A stretch of 64,000 nucleotides of DNA from Stegostoma tigrinum (Eukaryota): the NCBI RefSeq assembly GCF_030684315.1, contig NC_081372.1, forward strand, positions 51,370,987 through 51,434,986, in the 5' to 3' direction. Both the position numbers and the translations under genes were made by a program. Below are positions 25,047 through 35,650 of this stretch, in pieces. The notes under the pieces were generated by a model. It made no database searches. It was not told the origin of the DNA and saw nothing but the letters and a program-made list of their open reading frames with translations. Numbering within the stretch: position 1 is the stretch's first letter; every line of letters begins with the position of its first letter.

Positions 25047-25360
25047 GGGGCAGCATGGTGGCTCAGTGGTTCACACTGCAACCTCATAGCAGGGATTCGG
25101 GTTCAATTTCAGCCTCGAGCGACTGTCTATGCGGAGATTGCACATTCTTCCCATGTGTCTGCGTGGGTTTCCTTCGGGTGCGGTTTCCTCCCACAGTCCA
25201 AAGATGTGCAGGCTAGGTGGATTGGCCATGCTAAATTGTCCGTAGTGTTCAGGGGTGTGTGGGTTATAGGGGGATGGGTCTGGGTGGGATGCTCCAAGGG
25301 TTGGTGTGAACTAGTTGGGCCGAATGACCTGTTTCCACACTGTAGGGATTCTATGATTCT
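25047..25360 (+). mobile_element. HE1-like SINE inserted in the Penelope element; paralogue at 51218-51522
   Basis: ggtggctcagtggtt...gggttcaatt, V-domain and (attctatg)n tail. Confidence 0.88.
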
Positions 25361-25369
25361 TTGATCCAG

Positions 25370-25875
25370 GAACAATGATGTGAAACCTGGCAGGGCTCAG
25401 AAAAAAGTAACAAGGATATTGCCTGTGTTTGGAGGGCTTGAGCTCTTGCACGAGGCAGAATACACTGGAGCTATTCTCCCTGGAGCGTCAAGCCTTAAGG
25501 GTGACATTATAGAAGTTTATAAAATCAAGATTGACATGTATAGGGTGTATAGCTAAGATCTTTTACCCAGTGTCAGGGAGTCCAAATCTAGAGGACTTAA
25601 GTTTAATTTGAGAGGTGAAAGATTTAAAAGGGTCCTAAGGGGCAGCTTTTTCACACAGAGGGTGATGCATGTATGGTATGAACTGCCAGAGGAAGTGGTG
25701 GAGGCTAGTACGATTACAACATTTAAAAGGCATGAATGGGTATATGCATAGGAAGTGTTTGGAAGGATATGGGCCAAATGCAGGCAAATGGGACAAGGTC
25801 AATTTTGGTTGCTGGTTGGCATGGACAAGTTTGGCAAAAGGATCTGTTTCCGAGCATAACAACTCAATGACTCTA
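25370..25875 (+). mobile_element. CR1 3' fragment
   Basis: tttttcacacagagggtgatgcatgtatgg...gccagaggaagtggtggaggct. Confidence 0.8.
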
Positions 25876-26722
25876 TTGAGAAATTGTCTAAGGAAGTGAC
25901 TCTTCGATAGAGAACTTGTGTCTGTGGTACACTGTCAGGGCTATCAACATACAGATTACAAAGACATGTCAAAAGCTTTACTGAACAGCTTTGATTTTAG
26001 TTTCAAGCCCTGGGAATAAAAGCTTGTGTACAACAGGAGGCTTGGCACAAGCAAATAAGCGAACTCTGTGCTGAAGAAAGGTCACTGGATCTGAATTGGT
26101 AACCCAGATTTATCTCCACATACGTTGTCAGACCTGCTGAGATTTTCAAGCAACTTCAGTTTTTGTGTTGTTGTTGAAGAGAATGATGCAACCTCTTTCA
26201 AAATCAAGTGCATGTCAAATGATAAAAAATCAAAGAGAGGAACTTTGGATCCAGCAACTCACACAAACCTCAGCCTGCCGTGTGTTACTCTACTTCAGAA
26301 CTTTCTGGGTGCAAACATTCCAGGCACAGATTGGTCTTAAAAGCAACATTCAAGAATTAACTTGTACCTGAGAATGTGGAGTGGGAGGAAAGGTGAAGTT
26401 GCTTCATCAAGCACTGTGATCCCTACACAGGAAAGGCAGAGTTATTCCCTTGTGATGGATTCCCATTAAATTTGGTTAGAATCAGTATCTTCAGAGATTG
26501 CACAACTAAGATTGTTTCTGGGGTTTTAATGTAAAAGGGAAAGATATCTTGTAAGGGAGAACCAGGTATCGAGAGACTGAAATAGGCAGTAAAAGCCTTC
26601 TGGAAATTGATAGAAGTGTTCACTGGAAAGCTATAGTTTAGCACTGGCACCAGTTTCCTCCTTTCCTTTCTGTCCTTTCCCTGTCCAGAAGCAACCCATA
26701 TATGTTAGAAGCTTACAGAAGC

Positions 26723-27720
26723 TTCAGAGGAGCAGGAAAGCTGATGTTTTGCATCTGGACCCTTCTTTAGAAATGGGGGAGGGGAAGGGGGATCTGAAAT
26801 AAAGAGAAAGAGTGGGAGGTGATGACAGAAGGTGGATAGAGGAGCAGACAGTTGGAGAGAAGATGGACAGTTGAAGGAGGTGTGGATGAAGCCAGTACAG
26901 GTGAGTGTAGGTAAGGAGTTTGGATGGGGTTTGGTCAGTGAGGAGGGAGGGGTGGGTAGGTGGGAGGGAGAACGGACAGGTCAAGGAGGCAGGGATGAGG
27001 CTAGTAGGGAGGAGGTGGGGGTGGAGTTTTGTCAGTGCGGTGGGAGGACCAGATGGGTGGGAGAAAAGAAGGACAGTTCAAGGAAGCAGGGATGAGATGG
27101 GCTGGTCTTGGGATGAGGTTGGGGGTGGGGATGTTTTGAAGCTTGTAAAGTCCACATTGAGGCCATTGGGCTGCAGAGTTCCCAGGCAATATGAGGTATT
27201 GTTCCTCCAGCCTTCGGGTGGCTTCATTGTGGTACTGGAGGAGGCATGTCGTCCAATGAGTGGGAGGGGCAGTTGAAGTGGTTCGCAACTGGGAGATGTT
27301 GTTGTTTGTCACAAAGCGAGTGTAGGTGCTCCACAAAGCAGTCTCCGAGTCTCCGCTTGGTCTTCCCAATGTACAGCAGGCCACATCGGAAATAGCAGAT
27401 ACAATATGCCACATTAGCAGATGGGCAGGTGAACATCTGTTTAATGTGGAAGGTCTTCTTGGGGCCTGGGAAGGAGGTAAGGTGGGAGGTGTAGGGGCAG
27501 GTTTTGCACTTCCTGCGGTGCCGGGAAAGGTGCCAGTGGTGGTGGGGCAAGTTGGAAATGTGGAACTGACAAGGGAGTCACGCAGAGAGTGGCCCCTCTG
27601 GAAGGCAGATAAGGGTGGGGAGGGAAATAAATCCTTGGTAGTGGGGTCAGATTGCAGGTGGTGGAAGTGTCGGAGAATGCTGCGTGAATCCGAAGGCTGA
27701 TGGGGTGATACTTGAGGCCT
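26723..27720 (-). mobile_element. Penelope 3' fragment
   Basis: ORF 27224..27550 NVAYCICYFRCGLLYIGKTKRRLGDCFVEH. Confidence 0.9.
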
Positions 27721-27725
27721 CCTCT

Positions 27726-28222
27726 ACATAGAACATAGAACATAGAACATAGAACAGTACAGCACAGAACAGGCCCTTCAGCCCACAATGTTGTGCCGAC
27801 CATTGATCCTCATGTATGCACCCTCAAATTTCTGTGACCATATGCATGTCCAGCAGTCTCTTAAATGACCCCAATGACCTTGCTTCCACAACTGCTGCTG
27901 GCAACGCATTCCATGCTCTCACAACTCTCTGCGTAAAGAACCTGCCTCTGACATCCCCTCTATACTTTCCTCCAACCAGCTTAAAACAATGACCCCTCAT
28001 GCTAGCCATTTCTGCCCTGGGAAATAGTCTCTGGCTAGCAACTCTATCTATGCCTCTCATTATCTTGTATACCTCAATTAGGTCTCCTCTCCTCCTCCTT
28101 TTCTCCAATGAAAAGAGCCCGAGCTCAGTCAACCTCTCTTCATAAGATAAGCCCTCCGGTCCAGGCAGCATCCTGGTAAAAATCCTCAGAACCCTCTCCA
28201 AAGCATCCACATCTTTCCTATC
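27726..28222 (-). mobile_element. Young 5'-truncated CR1 with candidate TSD TCTACAT (27723-27729 / 28221-28227)
   Basis: (catagaa)x4 tail; ORF 27824..28267 encodes a CR1 RT C-terminus. Confidence 0.92.
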
Positions 28223-28965
28223 TACATCAAGGATTTGAAACAGCAAAACAAGTAACAAACAACACACATCAAGGGCCAGAACTCAACACTTTTTAATCAG
28301 CTCGTCTTTTTAATCAGCTCGTCCAGCTACATTGTAACACATTTATGGGGTAGTGTGACTTCAACCCTCGCCTTCTGGGGCAGAGTTCAGGACACTACCA
28401 TAAGTGCTCAGCTCTTGATATCATCAGTCAACCTGTTTATAAAGGTAATGGCACAATTCTGGAGCGGTTGAAATTGAACCTGGGACTCCTGGCTCAGAGA
28501 ATGGGACATGTCCACTGTGCCACATATCTTCATTTTTATGAACCTTCAACAAATCATCCCTTTATGCTGGCTCATCTTTGCTGAAGTAAATCAACACCAA
28601 ATCACCCAAATATTTAGATAAAATAAAAGTTACAGCACTTCCCAACAAAGACAGAATGACAATAACAAAATGGAAGGAAAAGGCGAGAGGAAGAAGCTAA
28701 TCAAAACAGATGTAGGAGAGGGTAAAATGTACCCAAACACCCTACTCTACGAAAATGTCTTGAGAGTGTTGATAGACACTCTCAAGCTGGCAGTTGGTAA
28801 CTATGACCAACATCACTGGCCATTCCCTGGATATTTTGATGCCCACCTTGGCCAGACTGAGAAACAGTTCTACCAAGAGGTCAACCGACCTAAAGAACCC
28901 AGATAATAAAATGTGAGGCTGGATGAACACAGCAGGCCAAGCAACATCTCAGGAGCACAAAAGCT

Positions 28966-28993
28966 GACGTTTCGGGCCGAGACCCTTCATCAG
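28966..28993 (-). ncRNA. Minimal hammerhead ribozyme motif in the Penelope terminus
   Basis: Reverse complement CUGAUGA-AGGGUCUCGGCCC-GAAA-CGUC. Confidence 0.75.
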
Positions 28994-29216
28994 AGGGGGG
29001 ATGGGGAGAGGGAACTGGAATAAATAGGGAGAGAGGGGGAGGCGGACCGAAGATGGAGAGTAAAGAAGATAGGTGGAGAGAGTGTAGGTGGGGAGGTAGG
29101 GAGGAGATAGGTCAGTCCAGGGAAGACGGACAGGTCAAGGAGGTGGGATGAGGTTAGTAGGTAGCTGGGGGTGCGGCTTGGGGTGGGAGGAAGGGATGGG
29201 TGAGAGGAAGAACCGG

Positions 29217-31118
29217 TTAGGGAGGCAGAGACAGGTTGGACTGGTTTTGGGATGCAGTGGGTGGGGGGGAAGAGCTGGGCTGGTTGTGTGGTGCAGTGGG
29301 GGGAGGGGACGAACTGGGTTGGTTGAGGGATGCAGTAGGGGAAGGGGAGATTTTGAAACTGGTCAAGTCCACATTGATACCATATGGCTGCAGGGTTCCC
29401 AGGCGGAATATGAGTTGCTGTTCCTGCAACCTTCGGGTGGCATCATTGTGGCACTGCAGGAGGCCCATGATGGACATGTCATCTAGAGAATGGGAGGGGG
29501 AGTGGAAATGGTTTGCGACTGGGAGGTGCAGTTGTTTGTTGCGAACTGAGCGGAGGTGTTCTGCAAAGCGGTCCCCAAGCCTCCGCTTGGTTTCCCCAAT
29601 GTAGAGGAAGCCGCACCGGGTACAGTGGATGCAGTGTACCACATTGGCAGTTGTGCAGGTGAACCTCTGCTTAATGTGGAATGTCATCTTGGGGCCTGGG
29701 ATGGGGGTGAGGGAGGAGGTGTGGGGACAAGTGTAGCATTTCCTGCGGTTGCAGGGGAAGGTGCCGGGTGTGGAGGGGTTGGAGGGCAGTGTGGAGCGAA
29801 CAAGGGAGTCACGGAGAGAGTGGTCTCTCCGGAAAGCAGACAGGGGTGGGGATGGAAAAATGTCTTGGGTGGTGGGGTTGGATTGTAAATGGCGGAAGTG
29901 TCGGAGGATGATGCGTTGTATCCGGAGGTTGGTAGGGTGGTGTGTGAGAACGAGGGGGATCCTCTTGGGGCGGTTGTGGCGGGGGCGGGGTGTGAGGGAT
30001 GTGTTGCGGGGAATACGGGAGACGCGGTCAAGGGCGTTCTCGATCACTGTGGGGGGAAAGTTGCGGTCCTTAAAGAACTTGGACATCTGGGATGTGCGGG
30101 AGTGGAATGTCTTATCGTGGGAGCAGATGCAGCGGAGGCGGAGGAATTGGGAATAGGGGATGGAATTTTTGCAGGAGGGTGGGTGGGAGGAGGTGTATTC
30201 TAGGTAGCTGTGGGAGTCGGTGGGCTTGAAATGGACATCAGTTACAAGCTGGTTGCCTGAGATGGAGACTGAGAGGTCCAGGAAGGTGAGGGATGTGCTG
30301 GAGATGGCCCAGGTGAACTGAAGGTTGGGGTGGAAGGTGTTGGTGAAGTGGATGAACTGTTCGAGCTCCTCTGGGGAGCAAGAGGCAGCGCCAATACAGT
30401 CATCAATGTACCGGAGGAAGAGGTGGGGTTTGGGGCCTGTGTAGGAGCGGAAGAGGGACTGTTCCACGTAACCTACAAAGAGGCAGGCATAGCTGGGGCC
30501 CATGCGGGTGCCCATGGCCACCCCCTTAGTCTGTAGGAAGTGGCAGGAGTCAAAAGAGAAGTTGTTGAGTGTAAGGACGAGTTCAGCGAGGCGGATGAGA
30601 GTGTCGGTGGAGGGGGACTGGTCGGGCCTGCGGGACAGGAAGAAGCGGAGGGCCTTGAGGCCAACTCCATGCGGAATGCAGGTGTACAGGGACTGGACGT
30701 CCATGGTGAATATGAGGTGTTGGGGGCCAGGGAATTGCAAGTCCTGGAGGAGGTGGAGGGCGTGGGTGGTGTCACGGACGTAGGTGGGGAGTTCCTGGAC
30801 CAAAGGGGAGAAAATGGAGTCCAGATAGGTGGAGATGAGTTCGGTGGGGCAGGAGCAGGCTAAGACGATGGGTCGACCAAAGCAGGCAGGTTTGTGGATT
30901 TTGGGAAGGAGATGGAAACGGGCCGTGCGGGGTTGGGGAACAATGAGGTTGGAGGCTGTGGGTGGGAGGTCCCCTGAGGTGATGAGGTCGTGAATGGTGT
31001 TGGAGATGATGGTTTGGTGCTCGGGTGTGGAGTCATGATCGAGGAGGCAGTAGGAGGTGGTGTCGGAGAGTTGGCGTCTGGCCTCGGCGATGTAGAGGTC
31101 AGTGCGCCATACTACCAC
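29217..31118 (-). CDS. Penelope reverse transcriptase + GIY-YIG endonuclease (uninterrupted core; frameshift upstream near 31295)
   Basis: LPKIHK, MDVQSLYT, QTKGVAMG, RYIDD, FLD; Cys-rich linker CNRRKCYTC; VVHCIHCTRCGFLYIGET..RFAEH. Confidence 0.93.
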   Translation of the reverse strand: MVVWRTDLYIAEARRQLSDTTSYCLLDHDSTPEHQTIISNTIHDLITSGDLPPTASNLIVPQPRTARFHLLPKIHKPACFGRPIVLACSCPTELISTYLDSIFSPLVQELPTYVRDTTHALHLLQDLQFPGPQHLIFTMDVQSLYTCIPHGVGLKALRFFLSRRPDQSPSTDTLIRLAELVLTLNNFSFDSCHFLQTKGVAMGTRMGPSYACLFVGYVEQSLFRSYTGPKPHLFLRYIDDCIGAASCSPEELEQFIHFTNTFHPNLQFTWAISSTSLTFLDLSVSISGNQLVTDVHFKPTDSHSYLEYTSSHPPSCKNSIPYSQFLRLRCICSHDKTFHSRTSQMSKFFKDRNFPPTVIENALDRVSRIPRNTSLTPRPRHNRPKRIPLVLTHHPTNLRIQRIILRHFRHLQSNPTTQDIFPSPPLSAFRRDHSLRDSLVRSTLPSNPSTPGTFPCNRRKCYTCPHTSSLTPIPGPKMTFHIKQRFTCTTANVVHCIHCTRCGFLYIGETKRRLGDRFAEHLRSVRNKQLHLPVANHFHSPSHSLDDMSIMGLLQCHNDATRRLQEQQLIFRLGTLQPYGINVDLTSFKISPSPTASLNQPSSSPPPTAPHNQPSSSPPPTASQNQSNLSLPP

Positions 31119-31926
31119 TGCGCCACCCTTGTCTGCAGGTTTGATGGTGAGGTTGGGGTTGGAGCGGAGGGAGCGGAGGGCTGCCCGTTCTGCGGGGGAG
31201 AGGTTGGAGTGGGTGAGAGGGGTGGAGAGGTTGAGGCGGTTAATGTCTCGACGGCAGTTGGAGATGAAGAGGTCGAGGGAGGGTAGGAGGCCTGGGGGTG
31301 TGTCCAGGAGGAGGACTTGTGTTGGAAGCGGGTGAAGGGGTCAGTGGAAGGAGGGTTGGGTTACCGGTTGAAGAAGTACGCATGCAGGCGAAGACGGCAG
31401 AAAAACTGCTCTATGTCCAACCGTGACTGGTATTCGTTGATGTGTGGTTGTAGGGGGACAAAGGTGAGCCCCTTGCTAAGGACTGACCGTTCGTCCTCAG
31501 TCAGTGGGAGGTCTGGGGGGAATGGTGAAGATGCGGCAGGGCTCAGTGTGGCTGTCTCCTCTGGGGTTGCTGGCTGTGGAGGTTGTGGGCGGAGCGATGA
31601 GGTCGTTGGCCATGGGCGGGGTTTCGCCGGCGTCGGCCGTGGGCGGGGTTTCGCCGGCGTCGGCCGTGGGCGGGGTTCCGCCGGCCATGGGCGGGGTTCC
31701 GCCGGCCATGGGCGGGGTTCAGTCGGTGTCGACCGTGGGCGGGGTTCCGCCGGCGGTTGGAGGATCGGGGTGGGCGGAAGCAGCTGCGGTTAGGGTGCTG
31801 TGTGGCGTGTTGTACCTGGACGTGGAGGTGGTGACTGCAGCAGAGGTTCCGGAAGTTCTGTGGCCGGTGGAGGCGGATGTGACGTCATCGGTGGGGTCTC
31901 CGGCCGTGTCCTCATGGTCATACGGT

Positions 31927-34709
31927 CCACGGTCGACGCCGACGGAACCCCGCCCACGGCCGACGGAACCCCGCCCACAGCCGACGACCTCATCTCTCCG
32001 CCCACAACCTCCACAGCCAGCAACCCCAGAGGAGACAGCCACACTGAGCCCTGCCGCATCTAGACCATTCCCTCAGACCTCCCACTGACTGAGGACGAAT
32101 GGTCAGTCCTCAGCAAGGGGCTCACCTTTGTCCCCCTACAACCACACATCAACGAATACCAGTCACGGTTGGACATAGAGCAGTTTTTCCGCCGTCTTCG
32201 CCTCCATGCCGACTTCTTCAACCGGGAATCCAACCCTCCTTCCACTGACCCCTTCACCCGCTTCCAACACAAGTCCTCCTCCTGGACACCACCCCCAGGC
32301 CTCTTACCCTCCCTCGACCTCTTCATCTCCAACTGCCATGGAGACATTAACCGCCTCAACCTCTCCACCCCTCTCACCCACTCCAACCTCTCCCCCGCAG
32401 AACGGGCAGCCCTCCGCTCCAACCCCAACCTCACCATCAAACCCGCAGACAAGGGTGGCGCAGTGGTAGTATGGCGCACTGACCTCTACATCGCCGAGGC
32501 CAGATGCCAACTCTCCGACACCACCTCCTACCGCCTCCTCGATCATGACCCCACACCCGAGCACCAAACCATCATCTCCAACACCATTCATGACCTCATC
32601 ACCTCAGGGGACCTCCCACCCACAGCCTCCAACCTCATTGTTCCCCAACCCCGCACGGCCCGTTTCTATCTCCTTCCCAAAATCCACAAACCTGCCTGCC
32701 CTGGTCGACCCATCGTCTCAGCCTGCTCCTGCCCCACCGAACTCATCTCCACCTATCTGGACTCCATTTTCTCCCCTTTGGTCCAGGAACTCCCCACCTA
32801 CGTCCGTGACACCACCCACGCCCTCCACCTCCTCCAGGACTTGCAATTCCCTGGCCCCCAACACCTCATATTCACCATGGACGTCCAGTCCCTGTACACC
32901 TGCATTCCGCATGGAGATGGCCTCAAGGCCCTCCACTTCCTCCTGTCCCGCAGGCCCGACCAGTCCCCCTCCACCGACACTCTCATCCGCCTAGCTGAAC
33001 TCGTCCTCACACACAACAACTTCACTTTTGACTCCTCCCACTTCCTACAGACTAAGGGGGTGGCCATGGGCACCCGCATTGGCCCCAGCTATGCCTGCCT
33101 CTTTGGAGGTTACGTGGAACAGTCCCTCTTCCACTCCTACACAGGCCCCAAACCCCACCTCTTCCTCCGGTACATTGATGACTGTATCGGCGCCGCCTCT
33201 TGCTCCCCAGAGAAGCTCGAACAGTTCATCCACTTCACCAACACCTTCCACCCCAACCTTCAGTTCACCTGGGCCATCTCCAGCACATCCCTCACCTTCC
33301 TGGACCTCTCAGTCTCCATCTCAGGCAACCAGCTTGTAACTGATGTCCATTTCAAGCCCACCGACTCCCACAGCTACCTAGAATACACCTCCTCCCACCC
33401 ACCCTCCTGCAAAAATTCCATCCCCTATTCCCAATTTCTCCGCCGCATCTGCTCCCACGATAAGACTTTCCACTCCCGCACATCCCAGATGTCCAAGTTC
33501 TTTTAGGACCGCAACTTTCCCCCCACAGTGATCGAGAACGCCCTTGACCGCGTCTCCCGTATTCCCCGCAACACATCCCTCACACCCCGCCCCCGCCACA
33601 ACCGCCCCAAGAGGATCCCCCTCGTTCTCACACACCACCCTACCAACCTCCGGATACAACGCATCATCCTCCGACACTTCCGCCATTTACAATCCAACCC
33701 CACCACCCAAGACATTTTTCCATCCCCTCCCCTGTCTGCTTTCCGGAGAGACCACTCTCTCCGTGACTCCCTTGTTCGCTCCACACTGCCCTCCAACCCC
33801 ACCACACCCGGCACCTTCCCCTGCAACCGCAGGAAATGCTACACTTGTCCCCACACCTCCTCCCTCACCCCCATCCCAGGCCCCAAGATGACATTCCACA
33901 TTAAGCAGAGGTTCACCTGCACATCTGCCAATGTGGTACACTGCATCCACTGTACCCGGTGCGGCTTCCTCTACATTGGGGAAACCAAGCGGAGGCTTGG
34001 GGACCGCTTTGCAGAACACCTCCGCTCAGTTCGCAACAAACAACTGCACCTCCCAGTCGCAAACCATTTCCACTCCCCCTCCCATTCTCTAGATGACATG
34101 TCCATCATGGGCCTCCTGCAGTGCCACAATGATGCCACCCGAAGGTTGCAGGAACAGCAACTCATATTCCGCCTGGGAACCCTGCAGCCATATGGTATCA
34201 ATGTGGACTTGACCAGTTTCAAAATCTCCCCTTCCCCTACTGCATCCCTAAACCAGCCCAGTTCGTCCCCTCCCCCCACTGCACCACACAACCAGCCCAG
34301 CTCTTCCCCCCGACCCACTGCATCCCAAAACCAGTCCAACCTGCCTCTGCCTCCCTAACCGGTTCTTCCTCTCACCCATCCCTTCCTCCCACCCCAAGCC
34401 GCACCCCCAGCTACCTACTAACCTCATCCCACCTCCTTGACCTGTCCGTCTTCCATGGACTGACCTATCCCCTCCCTACCTCCCCACCTACACTCTCCAC
34501 CTATCTTCTTTACTCACCATCTTCGGTCCGCCTCCCCCTCTCTCCCTATTTATTCCAGTTCCCTCTCCCCATCCCCCTCTCTGATGAAGGGTCTCGGCCC
34601 GAAACGTCAGCTTTTGTGCTCCTGAGATGCTGCTTGGCCTGCTGTGTTCATCCAGCCACACATTTTATTATCTTGGAATTCTCCAGAATCTGCAGTTCCC
34701 ATTATCTCT
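31927..34709 (+). mobile_element. Penelope copy 2, 5'-truncated; ORF broken by TAG at 33504-33506
   Basis: ORFs 32169..33506 and 33528..34358 are in one frame. Confidence 0.96.
34581..34608 (+). ncRNA. Minimal hammerhead ribozyme motif in the Penelope terminus
   Basis: CUGAUGA, stem II GGGUC/GGCCC, GAAA, then CGUC (GUC cleavage triplet). Confidence 0.75.
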
Positions 34710-35469
34710 GATACTATTTTAACCTCACTGCGAAGCCTCTTCCAGGGATGTCTAACCTGAAGAAGTTACCCTCCGGACCAACCTCAGGAAATCTCTCTCC
34801 CATTGCAACTCTCTTGTAATCTCTTCGGCCTTGAAACTGCTCGACCATGTCCTGAAGCAAACCAGGTACCACAGCCACATGAACTTCCTCAGCACCTGCC
34901 TACGGAACCAGATCATCCGCAAGGGACTACGGTCCACATTTCAGCCTTCCCAATTTGGCTCCAACCGTGACCACCTCTACACCCAGAACATTCAGACCCT
35001 TCAGAAGCGGTTCTCCCTGTGAGTCCTGAAACAGACACTCGCAGCCATGCGCCGGCACCTCCAGGCACTGCAATCCAGCCTGCCCCAGCTCAAAGCCACC
35101 CTCTCCCAGACCTGCAAAGGACCTCTGCTGTTTTTCATCCTCCGCAGGATCCACAGACTGAACACCCAGTTCCACTCAGCTTTACTGGACACCAAAAATC
35201 GTAAGTGCAACCAACACACTAGCCCCTGCCACCCACAAGAGGATTCCTGCGCCTCCCAAATCCCGACTCTGTCCCTGCCCCTCCCCCACCATACACCCGC
35301 CACCATTGACCATGAGGACACGGCCGGAGACCCCACCGATGACGTCACATCCGCCTCCGCCGGCCACAGAACTTCCGGAACCGCTGTTGCTGTCACCACC
35401 TCCACATCCAGGTCCAACACGCCACACACCACCCTCACCGCAGCTGCTTCTGCCCACCCCGATCCTCCA

Positions 35470-35650
35470 ACCGCCGACGGAACCCTGCCCACGGTCGACG
35501 CCGGCGGATCCCCACCCACGGCCGACGCCGGCGAAACCCCGCCCATGGCCAACGCCGGCGAAACCCCGCCCATGGCCGACGCCGGCGAAGCCCCGCCCAC
35601 GGCCGACGGAACCCTGCCCAGGGCCGACGGAACCCCACCCACGGCCGACG
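35470..35650 (+). repeat. Coding minisatellite (24-30 bp; ADAGETPPM / ADGTPPT) in the Penelope N-terminal linker
   Basis: ggccgacgccggcgaaaccccgccca repeats; unit composition differs from copy 1 at 31605-31760. Confidence 0.9.

Larger units (their letters stand above)
28901..31921 (-). mobile_element. Penelope-like element (Neptune type), copy 1: inverted and 5'-truncated
   Basis: Reverse complement of about 35307-38340. Confidence 0.96.

Noticed and set aside
25956-25985. Minus-strand FSKAFDM, resembling troponin C exon 3 (EFKAAFDMFD)
   Set aside because: A stop follows after two more codons, there is no EF-hand loop, and no counterpart was seen in the other units
35470-35650. CRISPR-like repeat array
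   Set aside because: Contiguous coding repeats without unique spacers, in a vertebrate context
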